In this document: positions 19,171 through 29,395 of the stretch, piece by piece
Position numbering within the stretch: the stretch's first letter is position 1
How the letters are laid out: each line of letters begins with the position of its first letter
From: Longimicrobiales bacterium
GTDB lineage: Bacteria > Gemmatimonadota > Gemmatimonadetes > Longimicrobiales > Gaopeijiaceae
Reading direction: 5' to 3'
Length of the DNA stretch: 64,000 nucleotides
Assembly: GCA_965202805.1 (NCBI GenBank)
Contig: OZ241869.1
Span: 2,688,001 to 2,752,000 of the forward strand
Position numbers and translations under genes: made by a program
Notes under the pieces: model-generated
What the model saw: the letters and a program-made list of their open reading frames with translations, nothing else
What the model was told of the DNA's origin: nothing
Database searches by the model: none

Positions 19171-22100
19171 TCAGTCCACAAACCTGAATTCCGCGACGCT
19201 GAACAGCGCTCGCGCGTACTGGACCCATGCCTGCATGGAGGCGCGGTGCTCCGGGGTGTCGGGCTCGAGGTCTTCCGCGGCCTCATCATCCTCCGCAGCC
19301 CCCGCATCCTCCTCCGATGCGTCCGCCCCGGCTTCGTCACTCGACTCATCTTCGAGCTTCGCAAGCTCTTCCGCCAGGAACGCGGCGCGGCGCTCTTCGA
19401 TGAACTCGAGGCCGGCGGCGATCTCGGGCTCGCTGACATCCCGCGAATAAAGCAGCGGATATGCGGCTTCGATCATCTCCCGGTCTCGGAAGACAGGGCT
19501 GTCCAGTTCATCTGCACTGTTATCGGCGTGCATTTGGGTACCTGACGGCGTCTCTCCGTTGGTCTCGGACGCGTGCCCCGGCTCGCCGTTGCCGTTCCCG
19601 TTGCTGCCATTGCCCGAACGCCCGCTCACTTCCTCTCCATCCTCCGCAACCAGCCCGGCGTCAGCCGTCTCATCCAGCAGCCGCTTCACGAACAGCTCCG
19701 CCTGCCTCCGCACGAAGGGGCTGTTCATGAAGTAGAGGCTCTGGCCGGGCACGTTGGTGGTGTAGCGGCGCTCCGCGGACAGGCTCGGGTTCGGGAAGTC
19801 GAAGGTCTGCAGGAACTCGTCGACCTGGAAGCGGCTCACCTCGCCGTAGATGGTGCGGCGGTTGTTCTCCTCGTCGCGCAGGCTCTTCGAAGGCCCGCCC
19901 ACGGTGGCGTCCAGGTCCCCGGACACCTGCAGGATCGCGTCGCGGATGCTCTCGGCGTCGAGCCGGCGCCGGTCCGCGCGCCAGTAGTAGCGGTTGGCTC
20001 CGTCGATGGCCTCGTTGCCGGCGTGCCGCCCGCTGGCCAGCTGATACGTCGCCGACAGCATGATGTCGCGGTGCAGCTGCTTGACCGACATCCCGCCCTC
20101 GACGAAGCGCGAAGCCAGGTACTCGAGCAGCTCGGGGTTCGTGGGCCGCTCGCCCATCATCCCGAAGTTGCTGGGGGTGTCGACGATGCCCGTGCCCATG
20201 TGCCAGCGCCAGACGCGGTTCACGATGACGCGCGCGGTGATCGGGTGCCCGGCGATGGCCTCCGCGAGCTCCAGCCGGCCGCTCCCCCCGGCGTACGGCT
20301 CGGCGCCCTCCTCGTCGAGGACGGTCAGAAAGCCGCGCGGCACCGCTTCGCCGAGGTTCGTGGGGCTGCCGCGGATGTGCAGGGCGATGTCCGTCAGATC
20401 CTCGGGCTCCTTGTCGGCTACGCCCATCGCGAAGGGCAGGTCCGGGAGCTCCTCCTCCAGCTCCTCGATGCGTTCGCGCATGGCCGAGATATGGTCCATC
20501 GCCACGCGCCCGAGCTGCCGCTCCAGCCCCCATCCGCGGAACCGGAACAGGCCCGGCGCCGGGAAGAAGGTGTCCAGCTGGTTGTCGAGGTCGCTGCGGA
20601 AGATGTCCGAGTAGAGGTTGAAGCGCTCCCGCTCCATGGTCTCGAGCTCGAGCTGGTGCTGGTCGAAGAAGCTCTCGAAGCCGTTGGGCATCGGCGTTGA
20701 CTTCACTTCCTCGAGCGGCGTGCCCTTCGCGATGATGCGCTGGTTGCGCTCCTCCAGCTTCTCCTGCTCCGCGGCCACCTCGAGCACCAGGCGCTGGAAG
20801 GCGTCGGCCAGCTCCCGGGCCTCGTCCTCCTCGGCGTCGCCGCGCGCGATCATCTCCTGCCAGTCGATCAGGAACGGATAGTGCTTCGGCTCCTTGCCCA
20901 GGAAGCGGATCCAGCGCTGCAGCGTTTCGAGGTCGACCTTGGCCTGCGAGGCGGCCTGCTCGGGCGGAAGCTGCGGCCTGCCGGTCACCTGCCACGCGGC
21001 CATCATGTAGCGCGACACCTGGAGCGAGAGCACGCGCGTCAACTGGTCGCCCTCGGTGCTCAGGTACTCGTTGAGACTCTTCTTCAGGCCGTCGATGAAC
21101 TCCTTTTCCTTCTCGTAGGCCTCGGCTTCGTCCTCTTCCGCAATCGGATATTCGTGATAGTCGGCGTTGTTGAAGATGCCGGCGAGGGCATAGTAGTCGT
21201 GCGTGCCGATGGGATCGTACTTGTGGTCGTGGCAGCGGGCGCAGCCCACGGTGAGGCCCAGGAACCCGCGCGTCGTGACGTCGACGCGGTCGTGGCGCTC
21301 GTCGGCGCGCGCCACCGGCGGATCGGCGATGTCGTAGTACCAGGGACCGCCCCCGAGAAAGCCCAGCGCGGGGATGGCGCGCTCGCGTTCGGCCTCCTCC
21401 AGCAGGTCGCCCGCGATCTGCGCCTTGACGAAGAGGTCGTAGGGCATGTCGCGGTTGAAGGCCTCGACCACCCAGTCGCGCTGGATGTAGGCGTTGGGGT
21501 AGCGCTCGCGTCCCGAACCGCCCGGCGCCAGCCCGCGGGTGTCGTCCTCGCCGAAGCGGGCCACGTCCAGCCAGTGCCGGCCCCAGCGCTCGCCGTAGTG
21601 GGGGGAGGCCAGCAGCCGCTCGACGACCTTCCCGAAGGCGTCCGGCGACGTGTCGCTGACGAAGGCGTCGACCTCCTCCGGGGTCGGGGGCAGGCCGGTC
21701 AGGTCGAAGGTGGCGCGCCGGATGAGCTGGCGGCGGTCGGCGGCCCGCAACGGCTCGAGCCCCTGCTCCTCGATCTTCGCGAGCACGAAGCGGTCGATGT
21801 CGTTCTGCGCCCAGTCGGCGTTCGCGGGCGCGGGGATGGCGGGATCGGCCAGCGGCCGGAACGACCAGAAGTCACGCTCGGCGGCGGTTACTCCGCGCCG
21901 GGGGATCGCGAGCGGCGCGGTGATCTCGGCCCACTCCGCCCCAGCCTGGATCCACTCGATGAACCCCTCGATTTCGGTGTCGGGGAGCTGATCCGCGTTG
22001 CGCGGCATCTGCAGGTCATCGTCCACATGCCGGAGCGCGGCGATGATGAGGCTCTCTTCCGCGTTCCCCGGGATGATCGCGGGGCCGCGGCTGCCTCCCT

Positions 22101-22692
22101 GGAGCATCCGCTCGCGGGAATCGAGCCGGAGACCGCTCCGTTCGTCGTCGGTGTGGCACGAGAAGCAACTGCGCTCAAGGACCGGCCGCACCTTGTCGAC
22201 GAAGACCCGAGCGCCGGGCGAGAGTCCCTCGTCGGCGAGGGCGAGGACGGCCCCCGCGGCTCCTCCCGCCCCTGCCGCCCCTGCCGCGCCTTCAGCCACC
22301 ACCGGCCAGGGCGCGTCCATGCGAATCCACTCGATCAGCCCCTCGATCTGCTGCGGCGTGAGCGGATCTTCGTCGCGAGGCATCTCCTGCCCCTCGATCT
22401 CGTGGCGCACCGTCCGGATCAGCAGACTCCCGGAGGGATCCCCGGGGATGATCGCGGGCCCGGAGTCGCCGCCTCGCAGCATCGCCTCGCGCGAGTTGAG
22501 GCGAAGATTCCCGCGGCGCAGTCGCCCGTGGCAGTCCATGCAGCTCTCGGCCAGCACCGGACGCACCCGGGTTTCGAAGAACTCTTCGGGCGATTGCGCG
22601 GAGGCGGTCCCGGGGAGCAGCAGCGCGACCAGCCCGGCGAACAGCAACGCGCCGAAGAACATGGGAAAGGCGAGGCTGAAGACTGGCCTCAT
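19171..22692 (-). CDS. PSD1/PSCyt2 (DUF1553/DUF1549) protein with planctomycete cytochrome c domains
   Basis: CMDCH, CFSCH and CARCH heme motifs; LIRRATFDLTGLPP; YGERWGRHWLD; RRLDAESIRD. Start placed at ATG 22692. Confidence 0.93.
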   Translation of the reverse strand: MRPVFSLAFPMFFGALLFAGLVALLLPGTASAQSPEEFFETRVRPVLAESCMDCHGRLRRGNLRLNSREAMLRGGDSGPAIIPGDPSGSLLIRTVRHEIEGQEMPRDEDPLTPQQIEGLIEWIRMDAPWPVVAEGAAGAAGAGGAAGAVLALADEGLSPGARVFVDKVRPVLERSCFSCHTDDERSGLRLDSRERMLQGGSRGPAIIPGNAEESLIIAALRHVDDDLQMPRNADQLPDTEIEGFIEWIQAGAEWAEITAPLAIPRRGVTAAERDFWSFRPLADPAIPAPANADWAQNDIDRFVLAKIEEQGLEPLRAADRRQLIRRATFDLTGLPPTPEEVDAFVSDTSPDAFGKVVERLLASPHYGERWGRHWLDVARFGEDDTRGLAPGGSGRERYPNAYIQRDWVVEAFNRDMPYDLFVKAQIAGDLLEEAERERAIPALGFLGGGPWYYDIADPPVARADERHDRVDVTTRGFLGLTVGCARCHDHKYDPIGTHDYYALAGIFNNADYHEYPIAEEDEAEAYEKEKEFIDGLKKSLNEYLSTEGDQLTRVLSLQVSRYMMAAWQVTGRPQLPPEQAASQAKVDLETLQRWIRFLGKEPKHYPFLIDWQEMIARGDAEEDEARELADAFQRLVLEVAAEQEKLEERNQRIIAKGTPLEEVKSTPMPNGFESFFDQHQLELETMERERFNLYSDIFRSDLDNQLDTFFPAPGLFRFRGWGLERQLGRVAMDHISAMRERIEELEEELPDLPFAMGVADKEPEDLTDIALHIRGSPTNLGEAVPRGFLTVLDEEGAEPYAGGSGRLELAEAIAGHPITARVIVNRVWRWHMGTGIVDTPSNFGMMGERPTNPELLEYLASRFVEGGMSVKQLHRDIMLSATYQLASGRHAGNEAIDGANRYYWRADRRRLDAESIRDAILQVSGDLDATVGGPSKSLRDEENNRRTIYGEVSRFQVDEFLQTFDFPNPSLSAERRYTTNVPGQSLYFMNSPFVRRQAELFVKRLLDETADAGLVAEDGEEVSGRSGNGSNGNGNGEPGHASETNGETPSGTQMHADNSADELDSPVFRDREMIEAAYPLLYSRDVSEPEIAAGLEFIEERRAAFLAEELAKLEDESSDEAGADASEEDAGAAEDDEAAEDLEPDTPEHRASMQAWVQYARALFSVAEFRFVD

Positions 22693-22838
22693 CGCGCGGA
22701 CTCCCTCGACCGCTGACACGTGCCTGACGAAACGGGATACCAGTCTGTCATTATGCGACGGGGCTTCCCCGGACGCAACGCGCATGCGCCTGGTGCGCGC
22801 GCGACCGGCTCCGGGTCGATCCGGGATGCCGGCCGGCA

Positions 22839-24485
22839 TCAGCATTCAACCGACTCCTCCAGGGCTTCCCGGAACGCGGCTTCGATCTCCCATGGGATAT
22901 CCGAATCGCGGTAGAGCGCGGCCCCGTTGGAGAGCACAAAACCATCGCCTTCCGCCGGGGCGCCGGGATGCGCCGATGGGACCGGAGGCAGGTCCTGCGG
23001 TACTCGCTGGCCCGATGCCTCCCGCGACCGTCGTTGACCCGGTGCCTGGACCGACCGTCGCTGGCCCGGCGCTTCGTCCGGTACCCGCTGGCCCGTTGCC
23101 TCCCGCGACACTCGCTGCCTCCGCGCGTTTCCCAACTTTGGCCTGCTCGGCGCATCGACCAGCATCCTCCCCTTCGGCGTGACGAAGAGCACGGTCCCGT
23201 CGCTGGCCACGGACACTTTCACGCGACCCTCGTGAACCGCGCGATGATGCCGCCGACAGAGCAACACCGTGTTCCTCAGGCTCGTCTCGCCCCCGTCGGC
23301 CCAGTGCTTCACGTGATGCGCCTCGGTGAACCGGCAGCCGCACCCCGGAAAGCGACATCCCCGGTCCCGCTCCTCCAGCGCCCGCCGGATGTGCGGCGGA
23401 ATGGTCCGGGTTCGCCGGCCCACGTTCAGCACCGACCCGTCCTCGGCGTGGACCATCGCGACCACCGCAGCATCGCATGCCATGCGCCGCGACGTTTCCG
23501 CGGAGACGCGGATCCCGTCCAGATCCGAGCGTCCCGGCTCGCCCTCGGCCGCGAGCGTCGCGGCGTCGCAGTGGACCATCACCTGGTAGCGCTCCGCGCG
23601 CGTGCCGGACTCGACGCGGGGTCGGGCCCGGGGTTCACGGCACTCACCACCCCCGAACCCGGCCGCCAGCGCCCGCTCCGCCAGTAACCCCACCGCATCC
23701 GCCCGGCGCTGCTTCGGCTTGGGACGCGCGTTGCCGGCATCGTTCCCTCGGCTACCCGCACCCGCTCGGCCCTCGTCACCACCCGCACGCGCACCGCCCG
23801 CACCGCCCTCGCGACCACCAGCGCCCCCGTCGCCCTCGCGCCGGAACAGCGCATCAGACGCCGCCTCCACCGCCCGCATCAGCACCGCTCCGACCTCGGG
23901 CTCGAGCCGGCCCTTCACCACGTACATGCCGTCGCCGTCCACGAACACGGAAAACGTCCGGCTGCGGCGCCGGGCCTGCTCTGCGGTCAGCTCCTCGTTG
24001 CGGGACAGCTTCGTCCACATGCGCAGCGTCCGCTCCAGCTTCGCCGCCGAGCTGGCGCGCGCGAACTTGAGCAGCTCCCCCTCTTGCTCGGGCGTCGCCA
24101 CGCGCGTGAGCGCCCGCACCTTGGTGTATGAGATGGTGCCGCTCGCCAGGGCATCCGCCGTCTGCGGCAGGTTCTCGAGCGCGCGGGCCGCGCGGACGCG
24201 TTCGCGGGCCGGGCCGAGCTTCATGCCGAGCCGCCACGCGAGCCACTCGGCGCAGGAAGAGTAGCCGCCGTCCTTCCACCCGCCCCGGCGGTCGAAGTCA
24301 GCGATCAGGGTCATCATCCGGGCTTCGGCGGCGTTGATGCGTTCGGCAAGCGCCGCGATGCGTTCGCCGAGCCGGTAGAGTTCATCGTCGTTCTCGTCGG
24401 AAGAGGGCGCTTCGCGCGTGGCGCAGCCCTGGTCTGAAGATGCGATCGAGTCTCCAGATGCGATCAAGTTTCGAGATGCAATCAT
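22839..24485 (-). CDS. DUF222 (13E12 repeat family) HNH endonuclease
   Basis: ARERVRAARALENLP; RDRGCRFPGC...EAHHVKHWADGGETSLRNTVLLCRRHHRAVH. Confidence 0.93.
   Translation of the reverse strand: MIASRNLIASGDSIASSDQGCATREAPSSDENDDELYRLGERIAALAERINAAEARMMTLIADFDRRGGWKDGGYSSCAEWLAWRLGMKLGPARERVRAARALENLPQTADALASGTISYTKVRALTRVATPEQEGELLKFARASSAAKLERTLRMWTKLSRNEELTAEQARRRSRTFSVFVDGDGMYVVKGRLEPEVGAVLMRAVEAASDALFRREGDGGAGGREGGAGGARAGGDEGRAGAGSRGNDAGNARPKPKQRRADAVGLLAERALAAGFGGGECREPRARPRVESGTRAERYQVMVHCDAATLAAEGEPGRSDLDGIRVSAETSRRMACDAAVVAMVHAEDGSVLNVGRRTRTIPPHIRRALEERDRGCRFPGCGCRFTEAHHVKHWADGGETSLRNTVLLCRRHHRAVHEGRVKVSVASDGTVLFVTPKGRMLVDAPSRPKLGNARRQRVSREATGQRVPDEAPGQRRSVQAPGQRRSREASGQRVPQDLPPVPSAHPGAPAEGDGFVLSNGAALYRDSDIPWEIEAAFREALEESVEC
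23000..23117. repeat. 27-bp in-frame tandem repeat (about 4.4 copies) in the HNH C-terminus
   Basis: Encodes QRVSREATG/QRVPDEAPG/QRRSVQAPG/QRRSREASG. Confidence 0.8.
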
Positions 24486-24704
24486 CGGTTGTTCCCGAAT
24501 ATCTAGGTTATTGTTGATGACTTACGTACAAATATAACGGCACTGAAATCGACCGCTCAGGATGCCCTGTAGCGGCCGAGGCGGGGTTGGGAGACCATCG
24601 GAGGAGGAAGCGGCCCACGAACGCTCTCAGAGGGCCGGTCAGCGCCCCTGGCGGACTATGGAACGCGGGATATCGGATCCTGCCGAAGAGCGGGTTCGAA
24701 ACCC

Positions 24705-24904
24705 GTCAATGGCAAATCGGGACGCCCGCATGTGAATTCGGGCGCCTTGGTTCCTGCCCGCAGCGAGCCGGGCGCTGAGGATCCTGTCAATGGCAAATCG
24801 GGACGCCCGCATGCGAATTCGGGCACCTGGACTCCCGCCCGCAGGAAACCGTGCGCCGGCGTCCTGTCAATGGCAAATCGGGACGCCCGCATGTGAATTC
24901 GGGC
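24705..24904. repeat. Tandem repeat, period 80-81 bp, three 39-bp conserved cores; resembles tRNA-Pro
   Basis: GTCAATGGCAAATCGGGACGCCCGCATG(T/C)GAATTCGGGC at 24705, 24786 and 24866; the two intervening segments are similar to each other. Confidence 0.9.
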
Positions 24905-24919
24905 CGGCTTGTGTCCCCC

Positions 24920-27538
24920 TCAGAACGACACCGTCGCGGTCATGGACACCGTCCGCGGCGCGCCCAGCCAGGCCGCGTTTTCGGTGATGGCCGACAGATA
25001 GGCCGCGTTGCCCAGGTTGTTCGCCACGATCGAGAACTCCGTCGAGCGTAGCACTTCGCTCAGGGCCTCGCCTCTGAGAGTCACGTAGGCGTCGGTCGTC
25101 CAGTAGGCGTCGGCGTACCAGTCCGCCGCCAGGCTGACCCGGCGGGAGGACGTGTACTTGGCGGAGAGCCCGCCGCCGAGCGGTCCGCTTCGGTCGAGCG
25201 AGATGACCCACAGCCGGGCCGGCACCCCGGTCACGTCGGATCCCGCCACGATGCCCTGGCTTTCGTCGACGAGCGGATCACCGGATCCGATGTACTCCGA
25301 GTTGTTGAACGTGAAGGCCGTGTAGAACGACGTCTGCCCGGACAGCGGCACCGTCGCGGCCACCTCAAGGCCGCTCGTTTCGATGCCGCCCGCGTTGAAA
25401 TACGCCCCGCCTCCCGGGATGAGGTAGTTGGGACCCGCGGGCGTCTGCGGACCGAGGTAGAAGATCCGATTCGTGAAGTCGATGGAGTACCAGGCGGCGC
25501 TGAACGCGACCCGTTCGCCCGCATATTGCACACCCACATCGAGGTTCGAGGCGGTCTCGGGTTCGAGCTGCTCCAGGCTCCGGCCCGGGACCTCGAGCAG
25601 CGTGCTGGCGATCGCCCTGAAGTTCTCGGAATAGCCTGCGAACAGGTCGAGGCCCTCGACCGGCGTCTGGTACGTGACGCCGCCCTGGAAGAGCAGCTTC
25701 GAATCGGAACCGACATCGAGCGACGGATCGGTATGGAACTGGTCCTCGCGCGACACGCCGATCAGGTACTGCTTGACGCCGCCGCTCAGAGCGAAGGGGC
25801 CAACGTAGAGCGTCTCTTCCAGGTACCACTTGAAGATGTTCTGCGGGAAGTCCCACTCGTACTGGTACCAGTAGGCCTGGTCGTCCCACTTGAAGCTTAG
25901 CGTGGGATCGAGCATGCGGTGCCAGTCCCGGCCGAGGTCGCGCCGCGAGCCCTCGTACCAGATGCCGGCCCGGAGCGCGCTGCCGGCGCTGCCCAGGGTG
26001 GCCGACCACTCTTCGTCGAGGGTCAGGCCGAAGCGGTCCTTCCCGTAGTGGCTGTGGCGGTACGACTGCACCGCGGTGGCCCCCGGGTGGCACGCCGGGT
26101 CGACGGCCGGGCCACCCGACCCGTAGTAGTTGAAGATGTAGGACGACGTGCATCCGGGCGTGGGTCCGACCGCGACACCGTCGGCGTCCACGAAGCGGAT
26201 CACCCCGAGCTGCGAGCCGCCCCGGACCGGCGGGTTGCCCGCCAGCTCCGATTCCGGTCCGCCGCCGTCGTCGACCACGTCCACGATGTAGGGGGGCAGC
26301 CAGTCGCCGCGGCCCCGGTTGCGGTGGTAGTAGACGCCCGCGCTCAGTGAACTGAGTTCGCTCTGCGCCCAGTCCATCCTCAGGTATGCGAGCGTGTTCC
26401 GGCGCCGGGTCTGCCATCCGGGCCGATAGAACTGGTTCAGGTACGGTACCCCGGGCCAGTCTCCGACCAGCCGGTCCCAGCGTGGGTCGGCTCTGAAGTC
26501 GCCATCGCTGTAGAGCCGCTGGTAGACGTCCTCGTGAATGTCGTCGTACGAGAGATAGCTGGTGAAGTCGACGCGGCCGTGCGACGAAACCAGTTTGGCG
26601 GCGACGTGCTCCCGCTCATTTCTCGCGGAGCCCTCCATCCAGTCGGTCGCCTCCTGGCGTACGCCGGCGATCCAGGCCCGCGTCTCTCCGCCGAACAGCG
26701 GTCCGGTGTCGACCCGCATGGAGAACCGCTCGCCGCCGTTCTCGCCGATCGTGGCGGACGCGGTGTAGGCGCGCTCCTCCGCGGGATCGTCCGTGAGGTA
26801 GTTGAAGGTGCCGCCCAGCGCCTCGACGGACCGGGAGGCGATGTCGGCCGTGCCCTGCGAAACCTCGACGCTCGCGAGGTTCATCGGGTCGACGAAGCGG
26901 TTCGCCTTGGCGCCACTCCAGTAGTCGGAGGTGCCGTTGGGAAAGCCGTCGATGGTGGTGCCGATCTGCACGTCGTTGATGGTCACCTGGAAGCCGCGCA
27001 CGGCCACGTTGCTCGACCAGTCGTCGAAGCCGTACGCGTCCCCTTCCTGCACCGACACGCCGGGGAGGTTGTCCACCACCGCCGTCACGTTGGTGATCTT
27101 CGACTGCTGCCGGATCATCGACTCGGGGACGAAGTTGCGCGCGAAGAAGCGGGGCTCCTCGGCGACGACGCTGAGCGTGTCGAACAGGTAGGTGACCTGC
27201 AGGACGAGCTGGACGGTCTCGGTGGCGCCCGCCGCGAGCGTGACCTCGGACTCCGCGACCTCGAACCCCGGCAGCATCGCTGTGACGACGTAGGTTCCGG
27301 CGGCCAGGTCGGCGAACCGGAAGGAGCCGTCGTCGCCCGCGACGGCCTCCCGGCTCAGGCCGGTGCCGGTCACCGTCACGAGCGCACCGGACATCGGCAG
27401 GCCGTTCGAGCCTACGGTCGTGCCTTCGATGGTTCCGGTGGTCTGGGCCGTCGCCGGCGCGGTGGCCGACAGCGAGAGGAGCAAGGTAGCCAGGGCGAGA
27501 AGGCGGCTGGAGAGCGGGTTGGCGATCGACGTGTCCAT
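24920..27538 (-). CDS. TonB-dependent receptor with N-terminal carboxypeptidase-regulatory-like domain
   Basis: Signal peptide; TGTIEGT...DGSFRF...GTYVVTA; plug domain; LEPETA; C-terminal GAPRTVSMTATVSF; AGGAGG RBS. Confidence 0.93.
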   Translation of the reverse strand: MDTSIANPLSSRLLALATLLLSLSATAPATAQTTGTIEGTTVGSNGLPMSGALVTVTGTGLSREAVAGDDGSFRFADLAAGTYVVTAMLPGFEVAESEVTLAAGATETVQLVLQVTYLFDTLSVVAEEPRFFARNFVPESMIRQQSKITNVTAVVDNLPGVSVQEGDAYGFDDWSSNVAVRGFQVTINDVQIGTTIDGFPNGTSDYWSGAKANRFVDPMNLASVEVSQGTADIASRSVEALGGTFNYLTDDPAEERAYTASATIGENGGERFSMRVDTGPLFGGETRAWIAGVRQEATDWMEGSARNEREHVAAKLVSSHGRVDFTSYLSYDDIHEDVYQRLYSDGDFRADPRWDRLVGDWPGVPYLNQFYRPGWQTRRRNTLAYLRMDWAQSELSSLSAGVYYHRNRGRGDWLPPYIVDVVDDGGGPESELAGNPPVRGGSQLGVIRFVDADGVAVGPTPGCTSSYIFNYYGSGGPAVDPACHPGATAVQSYRHSHYGKDRFGLTLDEEWSATLGSAGSALRAGIWYEGSRRDLGRDWHRMLDPTLSFKWDDQAYWYQYEWDFPQNIFKWYLEETLYVGPFALSGGVKQYLIGVSREDQFHTDPSLDVGSDSKLLFQGGVTYQTPVEGLDLFAGYSENFRAIASTLLEVPGRSLEQLEPETASNLDVGVQYAGERVAFSAAWYSIDFTNRIFYLGPQTPAGPNYLIPGGGAYFNAGGIETSGLEVAATVPLSGQTSFYTAFTFNNSEYIGSGDPLVDESQGIVAGSDVTGVPARLWVISLDRSGPLGGGLSAKYTSSRRVSLAADWYADAYWTTDAYVTLRGEALSEVLRSTEFSIVANNLGNAAYLSAITENAAWLGAPRTVSMTATVSF

Positions 27539-27701
27539 ATGCACGGTCCTCCTTTCCTGAACAGGCTCCCGTCCTCTGTACTATGGGGCGCGGACAGAGG
27601 TGGCGCGAGGGGAGGAAGTTGCGCGCGGGAAGCGACAGATACGGGCATCACGCCGTCTGATAATGGCGGAAGGCAGAAAATCGGGAGGGACGCTGCCGGG
27701 T

Positions 27702-29345
27702 TCAGCGGCGATAGTCGTGCAGGCATGTGCGGCTGCCGGACGCGGCTGCCGCGCACACGGTCGCCGGCCTCGATCCCCGGGGAATCCGGGCCCGCCAGAG
27801 GTACTCCCCGTACCAGATCATCGCGGCTGTCCCCCCGGCATCCCCCGCATCCCCGTCCTGCGATTCCCACGTCACCTCCACGCCGCTCCATTCCGCCGCG
27901 AGAGACGGGCTCTTCCGCTGGTGGATGCGGACCAGGACGAGCGTGCTGTCACCGTCCGGCATCGTCATCGGCGTTCGCACGACGGGCGGATTGCCGTTCA
28001 CTTCGAGCCCATGTCCCAGGAAGATGCGCTCCTGGATGGCCGTGGGATGCTCGCCCTGGGACTGCACCACGTCGATGCGGCCGTCCCCGTCCAGGTCGGC
28101 GATGGCCATGCCGAGCGTCCCGGGCGTCTCCGCGCCGGTGAACACGTCCGTCGCCACACGCAGGCGGCCGCTCCCGTCGTTGATCAGCAGGCGATCGGGG
28201 CCGCTGAGCGAGCCGATCAGGAAATCGGCGTCGTAGTCGGCATCATAGTCGAGGAAGGCTACGACGTTGTCGTCCTCCCCGATGTTCTCGGAGGTGGGCC
28301 ACCAGGCGTCGGTGGCGTCCACGAACCGGCCTTCGCCGTCGTTGCGGAAGACGTGCTCGCGCCGGCGCGAGCCGCGTTCGCCGACGATTTCGCCGTCGTT
28401 GATGGTCACGAGGTCGAGGAATTCGTCGCCATCGAGGTCCATCGCCTCGAACTCATAGTTGTTCGTGTACTGCGGAAGCCCCCGCGGGTCCTCCTCGAAG
28501 GTGCCGGTGCCGTCGTTGCGGAAGAGCAGGCTTCCCGCGCAGCGCTTGCACGACACCAGCACATCCAGATCGAAGTCGTTGTCGACATCGACCAGCTCGA
28601 GGTCCCAGGAGAAGCGCACCAGAATCGCGGGCATGCGGCCGTCGGTGGCGTCCGTGAAGCGGCCGGCGCCGTCGTTCAGCCAGAGGCGCGTGCGGCCGCC
28701 CTCGTTGGTCATGTTGTTGCCCGGCCCCCAGTCCGCGAGGACCAGGTCGAGGTCGCCGTCCAGGTCGATGTCCCCGGGCTCGGCGTCGCCCAGGCTGAGC
28801 GGAAGCTGGGGGAGATGGGTCGCGGTCCGCTCCTCGAAGGCGCCGGCCTCCCTGCCCTCGAACGCGCCCTCTCCCGTCCCCAGAAACAGCCGGCTTCGGG
28901 TCTGGTACGTGGTGCCGACGAAGATGTCGGTATCGCCGTCCCCGTCGAAGTCGCGCGCCTTGATCACCCGCGCCAGGTCCGGCGTGGAACCGAACACCCG
29001 GGCGGTCACCTCCTCGAAGGGCTGCCCCGGACCGCGGTTGGCGAATGCCCGGTTCAGTTCGGGCTCACCCGCCTCGGAGTAGTTGCCCCCGTTCGCGAAC
29101 AGCAGGTCGATCCGGCCGTCCCCGTCGATGTCGGCGAGCTCGACCTTGTTGGTCCATTCGCCGGTGGCGGGCAGAAGCTCGTCGGTGGCGTCGTGCCAGA
29201 GTGCGGTGGGCAGGGGTGAATCCGCGGCCTGGTCCGACGACGCGGTCTCTCTCTCGCTCGCCGGTTCCCCACAGGCACATGCGAATGCGAGGAGAATACA
29301 GGGCCATCCTCCGCCCTCCCGCACCGTCTCAAGCCTCGAAGTCAT
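27702..29345 (-). CDS. FG-GAP/VCBS repeat lipoprotein
   Basis: Repeated DxDGDGxxD Ca-binding motifs and NDGxGRF; lipobox-like ACAC. Confidence 0.9.
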   Translation of the reverse strand: MTSRLETVREGGGWPCILLAFACACGEPASERETASSDQAADSPLPTALWHDATDELLPATGEWTNKVELADIDGDGRIDLLFANGGNYSEAGEPELNRAFANRGPGQPFEEVTARVFGSTPDLARVIKARDFDGDGDTDIFVGTTYQTRSRLFLGTGEGAFEGREAGAFEERTATHLPQLPLSLGDAEPGDIDLDGDLDLVLADWGPGNNMTNEGGRTRLWLNDGAGRFTDATDGRMPAILVRFSWDLELVDVDNDFDLDVLVSCKRCAGSLLFRNDGTGTFEEDPRGLPQYTNNYEFEAMDLDGDEFLDLVTINDGEIVGERGSRRREHVFRNDGEGRFVDATDAWWPTSENIGEDDNVVAFLDYDADYDADFLIGSLSGPDRLLINDGSGRLRVATDVFTGAETPGTLGMAIADLDGDGRIDVVQSQGEHPTAIQERIFLGHGLEVNGNPPVVRTPMTMPDGDSTLVLVRIHQRKSPSLAAEWSGVEVTWESQDGDAGDAGGTAAMIWYGEYLWRARIPRGSRPATVCAAAASGSRTCLHDYRR

Positions 29346-29395
29346 CGAGGTCGCGGTCGCCGCTGATGACGTATCCGGCCTTGATTCCCTGCCCC

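Noticed and set aside
24705..24904. CRISPR array (39-bp repeats, 41-42 bp spacers)
   Set aside because: The two spacers are clearly similar to each other, there are only three repeats, and no cas genes are in the window.
27545..27700. Cobalamin or TPP riboswitch upstream of the TonB-dependent receptor
   Set aside because: No B12-box or TPP consensus is visible.
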